Source: Octopus vulgaris (taxonomy: Eukaryota). From it: 64,000 nucleotides of DNA. Made by a program: the position numbers and the translations under genes. The stretch covers positions 170,810,001-170,874,000 of the forward strand of contig OX597814.1 in assembly GCA_951406725.2 (NCBI GenBank). Direction: 5' to 3'. Position 1 is the first letter of the stretch. Each line of letters opens with the position of its first letter. Below are positions 1-12,332 of the stretch, in pieces. The notes below the pieces were generated by a model. It worked only from the letters and a program-made list of their open reading frames with translations, had not been told where the DNA came from and made no database searches.

Positions 1-65
1 ATGATTGTGGTCAACCTAGGGTGATGTTTCCATACCAAATTGATCCTCTATTTGACTGGATCTTC

Positions 66-281
66 AACCATTCAGATTACTCTGCCAAATCTAATGCTTA
101 TTTATTCACACTGATTTGAATTAATTATGCATTATCTTGTAGCTTTGGGATTTCAGTACGATTGTATATTTTTTAGAATGACATATCTGGATAAGTACGA
201 GTCCAGATCTGGTTGGTTTGAACATAAAACAAGCAGAATATTTAGGCAGGATATGGCCGGTTTTAAATGCTAAAGGGTTAA
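66..281. mobile_element. TTAA-flanked MITE, family F (piggyBac-like ends, CCCTTTAGCATT)
   Basis: Right end ...tttaaatgctaaagggTTAA; body homologous to the copies at 1754-1957 and 54570-54794; left TIR eroded. Confidence 0.7.
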
Positions 282-289
282 GCCAACAA

Positions 290-490
290 GTGGGCTATTA
301 TATCGTTCAGTCTACAAGAAGAGCTGCCAAATCACATACTGAATCACCACTGTGTTTAAAAAAAAACAAAGAAAAGTCACATTGGATAATGTAGTCTTAG
401 ATGAGCTATGCATGAAAAACAAAATGACCCAATGGTCATGGCTGGAATAATTTTAATCATGCCTGCTTGATCAGAACTGATTTAATAGAT
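290..490 (+). repeat. Old dispersed repeat family D (ctgctagaaatagcagccaaatct...cattggataatgtagtc...tggtcatggctggaat...ctgcttgatcag)
   Basis: Diverged copies also near 3715-3920, 13170-13390 (reverse), 19590-19700, 25580-25750, 47170-47340 and 62960-63200. Confidence 0.55.
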
Positions 491-1053
491 AAGACAAAGT
501 AGTCCTGGGTGGGATTTGAACTTAAAATATAAAGGAACACAACATGTAGATTTCTAATTGGTGTTAGAACTAGGTGTTTGGAATTTTGCAGCTGAATACA
601 AGTGTTGGTGCTAAAGAGTCAACTACCAATCAGGAACATAAACTGATTATTAGCCATGCCTTAATGCACTTTTTAGACTCCCTCCCCCCGAGTTGTATCA
701 TGAGCGGGTCATTCATTATGACTGCAATAAACGCACACTTCTTTATTTGTCATTTTGACAATTGGTTAACAGCTCAATCAACTAGTTTTATCAAAGTCCT
801 TTCGTTGCCATTTGTGATCTCATCAACAGCATGCAAAGACTGTTTCAGATCTGTCTGTCCATCAGGTCAGCCTATCTCCTGGTTTACAGGTTCTATATTT
901 ATATGGATATGAGCGAGAAAGTATGTGAGAGAGGAACTGAGAATCGGGGAAAGAAGAATGTGTAGGCATATATGAGAGCATATTTGTGCATGTATGCGCA
1001 TTTGTGTGGTGTAACAAACTCTGTGAGAGAGAATGTGTGTGTGTGTGTGTGTG

Positions 1054-1093
<40 letters not shown>

Positions 1094-1697
1094 ACCTTTG
1101 AAACAGGAATCAATATAATCTGAATCCAGCCAGGAAGACAGATAAGTAATATCTCACTGCCCTTCTTGCTGCTGACAAAAACAAAAAAAAACCAACCCAA
1201 AACACCTACACTCTTAACATCCTGTGTAACATGAATCTATACAGCACTGCATCTGTCTGTCAGTAACATCTGAAAACCACAAGAATTTAACCAGCCTTGT
1301 TTATATTTGTTTTAAAAGAAGTCGGAACAGCCTAATCCAAGGGAGAAAACTTTAATGTCTTCCTCTATCAGTTACATCATTCTGTATCATGCATTAACAA
1401 CATTGATCCATGTGTTGCTGAATTTATGCAATTTTTTTTTGTCTGAAATCAATTTATTAAAATCTTCATTGAAAAATGGTCACTGGTCATTATTCAAGTG
1501 ACAAATTATTGATGAATTAAAGGTAGATAAGACATTAGATGTGATAACCTCAACGATATATCAATTTTTTCCTTGCAAATTATGTCTGTCTGTCTTCAAT
1601 CCATCAAATTTTCACAGTTAAAGACTCAGGCAATATAGTACTTCAAGACTGATTGGGCACTGAAGGTTTTGCAGACGTAGTTGGTCCAATGTAGGAC

Positions 1698-2125
1698 TTA
1701 ACCCTTTCGTTGCTATATTTATTTTGAGATTCTCTGTGTTTCTTTCAATTACTTTAACCCTTTAGCATTTAAACCAGCCATATCCGGCCAAAAGTATTTT
1801 GCCTGTTTTATGTGCAAACTGGCCACATCTACAATATCATTTTAAAAATTAAAACAGCTTCCTCATCAAAATCTCATTGCTACAAGAGATTAGTTCAAAA
1901 CAGTGTGGATGAAAAAGCATAAATTTTGGCAAAATAATGTGAACACTAAACAGTTAAATATAACAAAGAACTTAGTAAAATAACTTAGTTATCATTAAGC
2001 TAGTGTTAGGAACATAAATTGTGACTAAGGTTTGGTGGAAGATTTTAATTTAAAACTTATGAAAACAAGACATTTGTACTCAGAGCCAGAGGCAGTTTCA
2101 GCCAGGTTGGTAACGAAAGGGTTAA
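1698..2125. mobile_element. TTAA-flanked MITE, family E (TIR CCCTTTCGTT), interrupted by a family F MITE
   Basis: TTAAccctttcgtt ... aacgaaagggTTAA; homologous to the uninterrupted copies at 12910-13140 and 38647-38874. Confidence 0.85.
1754..1957. mobile_element. Nested family F MITE with TTAA target-site duplication
   Basis: TTAAccctttagcattt ... ctaaacagTTAA; the empty site in the 12910 copy has a single TTAA. Confidence 0.8.
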
Positions 2126-3306
2126 TGAGAAGGCTGCAATCTTCTCCTCTTGAGTTTTTGTAAGTGATATCACTCTCTTCAGACTAATATTTGAATGTAG
2201 AACAAAAGGAAGAGGTCAACTTTGTTCTTACATACATTGATGAAATTCATACATACTTGATTTTGTTGTTTTTGATGAAAGTAACAGTTTTCTTACAAAT
2301 GTAATAAATAAAATGCAAAAAGGTCAGGAACAAATACATTTTTTGCGATGTTTGTGTGTTTATGTCTCTGTTATGATAATAATCCAGGAGATTTCTCCTG
2401 ATGGTTCTTTCCTTTTGGGTTGCTTGGCACTTCTTAATCCAATCTCACCCTCCATAAGTATCATGTGACTGTGCCAGTGAAGTCCTCTCACTAGTATGCT
2501 AAATTTGATTTTTCCTAAGCCTACCTAACTTTTCTCTCAACTCATTTATGCTATGTCTATCTGTTTACACAGAATGCAACATAAATCGGAAGAACTGAAA
2601 TAAATTTAAATAATGCAAAAATTCACTATAGATTATAAGAAAATATTAAAAGAATGTGCCCACATTCTTTCTGTACAACTGATGTGTTAGAAAAAAAAAA
2701 AAAGTCTTCAGATAGACTGTTTTACAGCTTGTTGCCGACTCCTCAGGGAAAACACACCTGGCTTCTTTCCTTAATCAATATGAGCTACTAATAAAGCAGC
2801 CATAAATTAGGTTAACAAAGTGATGGATAGCCTAATTAGGATATTTGTGCTTTTGGTGGCTTGTCATTAACTAAACGATGTCTATTTACACAGCATAAAT
2901 CATAAGAAATTAAATTTAAATATCGTTGTGAATTAAAGAAGAATAAGAATGTAAACACATTCTTTCCATACTATTGATGGTCAAAAAAGAAGGCAGGCAT
3001 TGACTGACGAACAGTTTTACACTTTGTTGCACATGAACACTGATCATCTAACAGAGCATGCTTTGCACAACCCCTTCAATAAGCACCCTATTTCACGAGC
3101 ATTCATCACACTTTGAACACAAGTATCGCACAATCTGCTGAACGCTTTTCCTGCAAATCAAACACGACCACTAGTGAGTGCATTCTTTTCTGCCACTGAA
3201 GACTTCTCATATAGACTATGTTCTTGAGACCACATTCTACAATCTTAAAAATCACAGAGCATATTGAATAATAATCTTTTAGATACACTACACCAGAACA
3301 ATAAAT

Positions 3307-3692
3307 ATTCTTTTATTCTTTTATTTGCTTCAGTCATTTGACTGTGGCCATGCTGGAGCACCGCCTTTAGTCGAGCAAATCGCCCCCAGGACTTATTCTT
3401 TGTAAGCCTAATACTTATTCTATCAGTCTCTCTTGCTGAACCGCTAAGTGACAGGGATGTAAACACACCAGCATCGGTTGTCAAGCGATGTTGGCGGGGA
3501 CAAACACAGACACACAAGCATATACATACACATATATATATATAGACGGGCTTCTTTCAGTTTCCACCAACCAAATCCACTCACAAGGTTTTGGTCAGCC
3601 CGAGGCTATAGTAGAAGACACATGCCCAAGGTGCCACGCAGTGGGACTGAACCCGGAACCATGTGGTTGGTAAGCAAGCTACTTACCACACA
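3307..3692 (-). mobile_element. tRNA-derived SINE, family A (CORE-like ccttgggcaagt motif, internal TA/CA microsatellite)
   Basis: Near-identical to 11055-11455, 11948-12332 and 23975-24366; A/B-box-like head (tgtgtggtaag...ggttcagtccc) on the minus strand. Confidence 0.85.
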
Positions 3693-4907
3693 AAAATAAA
3701 TAAAAAGTTAAGGTGGTCTACTTGATTAGATCTGACAAACAGCAGAACAACTACAGTAATACTCTATTCACATTACTAATACAAACCTACAACAAACTAA
3801 CAAGAGGGCTTCTATATCATGAAACAACCATGTAGAAACATTAGCCAAATCTACATCAAATCATTGCTGACCATTTTACAATAGGGTAAGATATACCAGA
3901 TAATATAATCTGAACTTGAACACCTTTAATTATAGGTCTAGTGGACAGGAATTAGCCTGGGGTTGAAAAACAATAACTATTTGAAAAGAATCAATATGGA
4001 AATATGTATGATGAAATAAAGTGTTAGTGTTTTTTTTGTTTTTTTTTTTCCCTTGTGCCTTTGGTTTCTCAGCTAATCGCCTTAAACTAAGAAACAATAA
4101 GAAAACAAAAATACTACAAATATCCTTGTAAATGTATACATACCAAAATGCAGAGAAAACAAATGCATGCGCACACACACACGTGTATGTGTTTTATTTG
4201 TGTATATAATATGTGTGAGTATACTCTTTTGCTGGTTAAGCCATTCAAAACACACACACACATATGACTACATACTAATAATTTTATATATGAATTCATA
4301 TATTATCATATATGAGAATATATATAAATACACACACACACACACACACGCATATACATAACAGACAGTGGCAGCGGCAAAAAAACAAAACAAAACAAAA
4401 CCAAAACAAAATAACAACAACTATAAAGTGAGACAGATTTTTACAATAATTGGCAGCGACACCAATGACCCAACTCACTATAAACTCTTGCTTGCTTTCT
4501 CACACATAAAATTGACCTCATATCAGGCTGCTTAGTTATATAAACTGGCAAATATGAGTTATCCAAAGATAAAAAAAACAACAAAAATGAAAAAAAAACA
4601 AACAAACAAAAAATGTATTATGGAAGAAACTAGAAACTTATTTCACAGCAGATATGAACTGAGGGGTTGGTGGTGGTGATATAATAAGGGATGTAAAGGG
4701 AATGTTTGTTTTTCTTTTTTGCCTTTTACCCTCCAAAATTCAAGAGTTGCAAGTGTTTAAATCAGATGGAAACATGTGTTATAAGTTTAGATAATATAAA
4801 GTAACACTTTCAAAACATCCTTAAATAAATAAATATATCCCACTATTGCTACTAGTTGTGATATTAATAATAATAATGGTAATAATAATAATAATAATAA
4901 TGATAAT

Positions 4908-5250
4908 AATCATCATCATCATCATTTATCGTCCGTTTTCCATGCTAGCATGGGTTGGACGGTTCAACTGGGGTCTGGGAAGCCCAAAGGCTGCACCAGG
5001 CCAGTCAGATCTGGCAGTGTTTCTACAGCTGGATGCCCTTCCTAATGCCAACCATTCCGTGAGTGTAGTGGGTGCTTTTTATGTGCCACCGACACAGGTG
5101 CCAGATGAGGCTGGCGAACGGCCACGCTTGGATGGTGCTTTTTACGTGCCATCGCTGGCAACGGCCACGTTCAGACGGTTCTCTTACATGCCACAGGCAC
5201 TGGTATCTCAGCTACAATTTCCATTGATGTTGAAAGATTTCGATTTTGAA
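4908..5250 (-). mobile_element. 3' end (3'UTR) of the RTE LINE family, with (GAT)n tail
   Basis: Nearly identical to 35697-36250, but with fewer ~62-bp internal repeat units. Confidence 0.85.
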
Positions 5251-5299
5251 TAATAACTAACAACACCAATAATAACAACAACAACAATAATAACAACTG

Positions 5300-6970
5300 T
5301 TCCCACTATAGGCACAAGGTTTGAAATTTGGGAGAGGGAGCTGGTTGATGTAATCAACCCCAGTATTTGATTGGTACTTATTTTAATCAAATATTGGGGT
5401 TGAAAGGATGAAAGGCAAAGTTGATCTTGGTGGAAATATAATAATAATAATAATCCTTTCTACTATAGGCACAAGGCCTGAAATTTTGGGTGAGGGAGAC
5501 AGTCGATTAAACTGATCCCAGTACTCAACTGGTACTTATTTTTACTGACCCTGGAAACTCCATCCGTCTAACACCCATGGATATGTTTACAAAGTCAGAA
5601 AACAGCACAGCTCCCATGACTTTCGGAAACATTTTTTCACGCTAAGAGTTGCTGAAGTATGGAACAAACTGCCGGCATCAGTTGTTAGTTGTCGGAGCAC
5701 TGCATCCTTCAAAACTTCCATGCTTCCTGAGATTCGCCAACACTACACCTGATTTTCTCCCTTCCATACACACGCAAGCATGTATCTGACTCATACACTG
5801 TTCGCTTTCCAGACATTTGTACATTACTGCATATGCTTTATATGCACTTTTGACAAGTTGTGGTGCACCTGAGCACTGTATACAATAATTTCATCATTAT
5901 TATTATTATTATAAAAGGCAAAGTTGACCTCAATAGAATCTGAACTCAGAATGTAATGATGGATGAAATGCCACTAAGCATTTTGCCTGGCATGCTAATG
6001 ATTCAACTATAGGCACAAGACCTGGAATTTCAGGGGAGGGTGACAGTCGATCACATCTATCCCATTACTTGACTGGTACTTAACTTATTGACCCCAAAAG
6101 GTAAAGTCAACCTTGGCAGAATTTGAACTGAGAACATAGTGATGGGTGGAAATACTGCTAAGCATTTTGCCCAATGTGTTAATGATTCTGCCAGCTCACC
6201 ACCTTTAACAATAATAGTAATGGTAATTCTTTCAAATTTTGGCACAAACATTGGCCAGTAATTGTTTTTTTTTTTAGTCGGAAGTGGTTAGTCATTTATA
6301 ATGGCCTTAGTGCTCAACTGGTACTTTATTTTATCAACACCAAAATAATGAAAGGCATGTTGACGCTGGTGGGATTTGAACTCAGAGTGTAAAGAGTTGG
6401 AGGAAATGTGGCTGAGCATTTTGTCTGACACACAATTCTGTAAACTTGCCATCCTTAGTAATATTGCATCAAATTTTTGGCACAAAGCTAGTAATATTTT
6501 TTAGAGGAAGAGATATTTGATTACACTGACCTCAGTCCAGTTAGAACTGGACTTATTTTATTGACTCTGAATGGAAGGATAAAAAACAAAATCAACAGCA
6601 GCAGAATTTGAACTTGGGACATAAAAAGCCACAAGAAAATCTGTGAAGCATTTTCACCAATACATTAGCAATTCTGCCAACTCACCTTGAAAGGATGAAA
6701 GGCAAAGTCAATCTCGGTGGAAATATAATAATAATAATAATAATAATAATCCTTTCAACTATAAGCACAAGGCCTGAAATTTTGGGTGAAGTCCAGCAGT
6801 TTTGAGGTAAGAGGGCAGGTCAATTACATTGACCCTAGTGCTTGACTAGTATTATATTGACATCATAAGGATGAAGGGCAAAGTTGACTTTCGCAACAGC
6901 ATGTAAAGAACTGGAAGAAATGCTGCTAAACATTGTCTAATGCATTAATGATTCTGTCAGCTCACTGTCA
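5300..6970 (-). mobile_element. Head-to-tail array of SINE family B copies (core gcctttcatcctttcggggtcgataaa), separated by (TAA)n
   Basis: Repeated aaaggatgaaaggcaaagtcgacc...gaatttgaactcagaa...gctaagcattt and ggcacaaggcc tail motifs; roughly 7-8 partial copies, all in one orientation. Confidence 0.8.
5555..5911 (+). mobile_element. CR1-group LINE 3' fragment inserted in a SINE
   Basis: Encodes ...YKVRKQHSSHDFRKHFFTLRVAEVWNKLPASVVSCRSTASFKTSM..., a typical CR1 ORF2 C-terminus, followed by a 3'UTR and an (ATT)n tail. It splits a family B SINE. Confidence 0.8.
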
Positions 6971-7554
6971 TAATAATAAGATTACAGGCAGTGGCTCAAG
7001 TGGCTTCTGATCTTAGCTATTTGGAAGTGTTAAGATGTACATGTTTTGCCTTGGGCTACAACAAATATTCTGCTCAATACTACAAATTTGCTTGTCAGTT
7101 GCTTGACCGTAACCAGTTGACAATATGTGCATTTCTGATCACAAACACGAGTAGTGGGGGAACATCATAGCCATGTGCTGAGAAGAATTCTTTGGGGTTT
7201 GAATAAGTCACCTGAGGAAACATGGGTGTTTTGTTCATCATTCTCAAACAACTCTTATTCTAGGACCTTTTTGAGTGGAATGGTCTACTTGATCTGAAGA
7301 AAATTATAATCGGGATGCCCCTGCAAAGCCACAAGCAGTTTATCTTGGTATGAGGTTAGTAAGCCACACACATATGGTTATGATGCATGTGCCTGAAATA
7401 CTCTTATCAGATGGTCAGCCATGATGAGTATATTGGGCTTTGTATATCTGTACACTTAACAATAATGTATATCTCTCATTTAACAATAATGCCATCTAAA
7501 TTAGGAATAAGTCTAGCATTCTGAAGGTGTGATACTGAGGACAAATTAGTTTGA

Positions 7555-8733
7555 TGCCACATAGACTGAAAGGTAAAGAGTAAGGGCTTATATGACTGTA
7601 AAGATCAGCTACTGATCAATAAAGCCATAACTGAAGACAACTGCAGAAAGAAGATAGGTCTAAGTACGGCCTAGATGAATTACTGAAAGGCTTTTGATAT
7701 CATTCCTCACATATGGATCCTAGAAAAACTAGCCGTGAACAAAGTAACACCAATGATCATAAGATATATAAAACATTTCATGAATAAATGGTAGACAGTG
7801 CTACAGCTCCAGACAAACGAAGGACTCATCAAAACCAAAGCCATCCCCACTAGAAGAGGAATATTCCAGGGAGACACACTCTTTCCACTCCTTTTCTGCT
7901 TGGCACTGAGACCTTTATCTGACATGCTAAACAGAGCTGGATGTGGATACAACTGTTATGTCAAAACAATCAGCCACCTCTTATATATGGATGACCTAAA
8001 CCTATACGCTACAAATGATAAACAACTGGAAACATTACTACAGACAGTACATGGATTTACCAAAGAAATAAACATGAAATCTGGCTTAGAAAAAATGTGC
8101 CAAAGTAACCTTGAAAAGAGGAAAACTAGTTAAGATTTGCAACATTGCAGTAGATAAAGTGAATGAAATAAGAAAATTAGACCAAAACCAGACATACAAA
8201 TACTTAGGAATCAATGAACTAGATATGATACAACACACATAAATGAAAGAGAAAATTAAAAAAAAGAATAATATAGACGAGTTAGATTAATACTGAAAAC
8301 AGAGCTCAATATGAGAAACAAGATAATAGGTATCAACACTCTAGCTGTCTCAGTTTTAAGTTACAGCTAGAATATTCTTAACTGGACTCTATATGAACTA
8401 ATCAAAATAGTCAGGAAAGCAAGAAAAATAATGACTGGATTTCGGATGCACAACCCAAAATCTTACATAGTAAAGTTATATATGCAATATATAGTAGGCA
8501 CATTAGGTATGATAAAAAATATTCAGACATAACAAAAACATCAGGACTAACAAGTATGTATAACATATAGAAAATAGCACTACCAGGCATTGCACACATC
8601 CTATATAAAACACTTTCAATATAGTAAGAGCATCACAACAAACCACAGCACATACCCAAGGTACGTAGAGCTGCACTCAATAGTGTAGTGAAAGCATCTG
8701 ATGAAAATAAAACTCCTGAATAATAATAATAAT
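7555..8733 (+). mobile_element. Degenerate R4/Dong-clade non-LTR retrotransposon (RT remnant plus 3' end)
   Basis: Motifs CKDQLLINKAI, KAFDIIPHIWI, RRGIFQGDTLFPLLFCLAL, ISHLLYMDDLNLYA and YKYLGI, with stops and frameshifts; C-terminal KIALPGIAHIL-like motif; ends in (TAA)n. Confidence 0.8.
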
Positions 8734-9420
8734 TGCTTCTCATTTAGACACAAGGCCAGCAATTTTTTGTACTTAACTGCTACTTTATTTTGAAGACAGT
8801 GAAGAGATGAAAGGCAAAGTTAACCTCAGCAAGATTTGACTGCAAAACATAGATACTACAAGGCATATTTTTAATACTCTAATAATTCAGTCAAACCACT
8901 ATCCTACGATAATAATTGTTTTTAAGACAGGTACAAAATCTGAAATTGTTGGGCAGGAAATTATTTGATGGAATCAATTCCAGTTCTTGGCAGGCACTTC
9001 ATCTTACTATGAATGGTAAAGATGATTTCAGTGGGATTTGAACTCAGAACATAAAAGAACCAGTACAAACACAGCCAATCTGCTGTCGAAGCTCTGATGA
9101 TTCTGTAAATTCACTCCCTTGTAATAATTTTTTCCACTATATATTTACTTCTACAAGAGGAACAACAGAAATCTTTTGAACCAAGGAGGGACAGTCAGGT
9201 GGATGTTTAACCTATTAGAAGCCACTCTGTTAAAAAGAAAACTGTATAGCCAGGATAATGTAATCCTGGAACTATGTTATCTAAAAGTAACAGCACCTTG
9301 TACAAAAAAAAAAAAAAATGATTTATTACAAGAAGTATAAAATTTGCCGGGTTTTCAAGAAGGCAAAATAGCATCATGACAAAATGGAGATAAAACAAAC
9401 TAAGTGATGAAAAAATAAAA

Positions 9421-9920
9421 TGGGTACATGATTAAGAAGTTTACTCCCCTAACCAAGTGGGCTCAGATTCAGTTACACACAGTGTCTTCTACTATAGCCC
9501 CAGGCTAACCAATGTCTTGTGTGCAAATCTGGTAGGCTGAAACCTAAAACAACACACTGTATATGTGTGTTCTCAAGCTCACCAGCTCCTGTGAAACCAT
9601 CCAACTCATGCCAGCATGGAAAACAGACATTAAATGATGATGATGATGTGTTTGCTTGTGTGTACCATTGTCTTGGCATCATGATGGCTATAGATAAGTA
9701 TCACAGTTATACAAGCAAGGTTGTTCATTTCCAGTCTTTCATGGAAAATGTCTGGTCAGGGGGAAAAAATATTACCTTGCCTGGAAACAGGTCGGGGTGG
9801 GGTGTGGCAACAAGAAGGGCATCAAGCTGAAGAAAATCTACATCAATGATTTCCATCTGACTCATACAGGCATGGGAAGGTGGATGTTAAGTGATGCTGA
9901 TGATGATGACGATGACGATG
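9421..9920 (+). mobile_element. Composite old SINE (family A head plus RTE-like tail ending in (GAT)n)
   Basis: Motifs gtgtcttctactatagcc, aaatattaccttg..ggaaacagg, gaagggcatc and ggatgttaagtgatg, shared with 53885-54225, 56165-56640 and 57225-57785. Confidence 0.65.
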
Positions 9921-10124
9921 AATTAAAAACTTAGCTGAACTAACTTGACAAGAGTGTCTTGAACAGAGCATAGAAAGAAACAACTTTGGTGGAAACAAGC
10001 ACATAATTTCTTAATTCACATAATTCCACCTTCATCCACCTTTTGGTCATTCTGATTCACCAACACTTTACATTTATTTTTCCATGTATATATTAAAATG
10101 TGTGAGCATACGCGCGTGTGTGTC

Positions 10125-10164
<40 letters not shown>

Positions 10165-11018
10165 TTTATTTAAACATGTATATAGACAGATAGACAGACA
10201 CACACATGCACATGTATGTCTGATATATGCATTTTTCAACTGCATATATCACACAAACACACACAAACACTCAGATGTGTGTGCACAGCTACGTTGAATC
10301 TTAATGTATAACTAATTAATATTGATACCAGTAAATTGTTTGCCATAGCAACAGGCAGTGCTAGCTTTCCCAGTAAGTTTGCAAACTTTATGAATATACG
10401 CCAATATGAGTGACCAGTGCTGATGTTGTGAATGACAACAGCGATCTCTCACCTTAAGTGAAAAGGGCAGAAATGATGTGAGAAATTAAATTAATGGTTT
10501 GGAAAAGGGGATTTGAGTAGTAGTGGAGAGAGAAGAAAGCAATGGAAGTGAACGAAACAGGGAGAGACGATGGTAGGGTGGAGACGCTTGCGCATAACAA
10601 GTTGAAACAGTGATGTTCTTAGCTCCAGGAAGATTTCCAAATATATATATAAGACATAATCATGTTAAAATTTAGCTGAAACAGTTCATACAGCAGTTAT
10701 GGATTTAAAAAAAAACTTGCTATTGGCCAAAGTACACACATACATGCAAGCACGCACGTGCATACACACACACACAGTGAGGAGAGAGAGATGGAAGGGA
10801 ACAGAGATGAAGGTAGTTATTGCCGTTATTGCCAAGCACCAGGCCTGGTGGCATCTTTGGTCGGACATACATTTAAGGGAATCTCAACTGTGACCATTCT
10901 TGTCATTTTTGTTTTCTTTAGGCCTTACATGTACAATATAATATTGTACAAGGTATTAATATATATATATATATATATATTGTTATATAAAAAAATCTTG
11001 CACAACAAATATTTAAAC

Positions 11019-11053
<35 letters not shown>

Positions 11054-11054
11054 C

Positions 11055-11455
11055 ACTCTCTTTTTACTCTTTTACTTGTTTCAGTCATGTGACTGTGGCC
11101 ATGCTGGAGCACTGCCTTTTAGTCGAGGAAATCGACCCCAGGACTTATTCTTTGTAAACCTAGTATTTATTCTATCAGTCTTGTTTGCCAAACTGCTAAG
11201 TTACGGGGACGTAAACACACCAGCATCGGTTGTCAAGCGATGTTGGGGAGACAAACAAAGAGACACAAACATACATACACACACATATATACAACAGGCT
11301 TCTTTCAGTTTCCGTCTACCAAATCTACTCACAAGGCTTTGGTCGGCCTGAGGCTATAGTAGAAGACACTTGCCCAAGGTGCCACGCAGTGGGACTGAAC
11401 CCAGAACCATGTGGTTCGTAAGCAAACTACTTAACACACAGCCACTCCTACGTCT
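11055..11455 (-). mobile_element. SINE family A, full length
   Basis: High identity to the reverse complement of 23975-24366. Confidence 0.85.
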
Positions 11456-11469
11456 ATATATATACATTA

Positions 11470-11500
<31 letters not shown>

Positions 11501-11947
11501 GATATAGATGTATACACACTCACACACACACACATATATATATATGACAAAGAGAGAGAGAGAGAAGGGTCTTTCTTTGTTGGTTCATTATTGTTGTTTT
11601 TGTTAGCTCATGACTTATCTTATTGAGTAGGAGCTCTAATAAAAATGTTTCCATCTGGTCTTTATTTTCAAGATTGGGTAGAATAAATGTAAATAAAAAT
11701 TGGTAGAATGTGTGCCTAGAACAAGAGTGAAGTATCTTCTTGATGGCAACCTAAATTAACATCAGTTGAAGGTGTGGTTAGCAAGTGGTTGGAAAGCGAG
11801 GTGGGGGTTTAATGCAACCATGTTGGAATACAATCTTCAAATTTAAATAAAAGAATTTAGGCGTATTGGTGTATCTAGGAGTATCTACATTTTTGTGTTC
11901 ACTTGTATCTAAAGATTGTATGATTATGTCTGCTTTTGTATGTATAT

Positions 11948-12332
11948 GCTCTTATTCTTTTACTTGTTTCAGTCATTTGACTGCGGCCATGCTGGAGCAC
12001 CACCTTTAGTCGAGCAAATCGACCCCAGGACTTATTCTTTGTAAGCTTAGTACTTATTCTACCGGTCTCTTTTGCCAAACCACTAAGTTACGAGGATGTG
12101 AGCATGCCGCATTGGTTATCAAGCAATGTTGGGGGGGAGGGGGACAGACAGGTAGACAGACATACACACACACACATATATACAACGGGCTTCTTTCAGT
12201 TTCCGTCTACCAAATCTACTCACAAGGCTTTGGTCAGCCCGAAGCTATAGTAGAAGACACTCGTCCAAGGTGCCATGCAGTGGGACTGAACCCAGAACCA
12301 TGTGGTTGGTAAGCAAGCTACTTACCACACAG
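11948..12332 (-). mobile_element. SINE family A
   Basis: High identity to 3307-3692 and 11055-11455. Confidence 0.85.

Noticed and set aside
574-912. 112-aa plus-strand ORF
   Set aside because: GTG start, no recognisable domain, antisense within an intron.
3478-3699. Recurrent ORFs ending PRCHAVGLNPEPCG (also at 11230, 12112 and 39906)
   Set aside because: Antisense translation of SINE family A, not a protein family.
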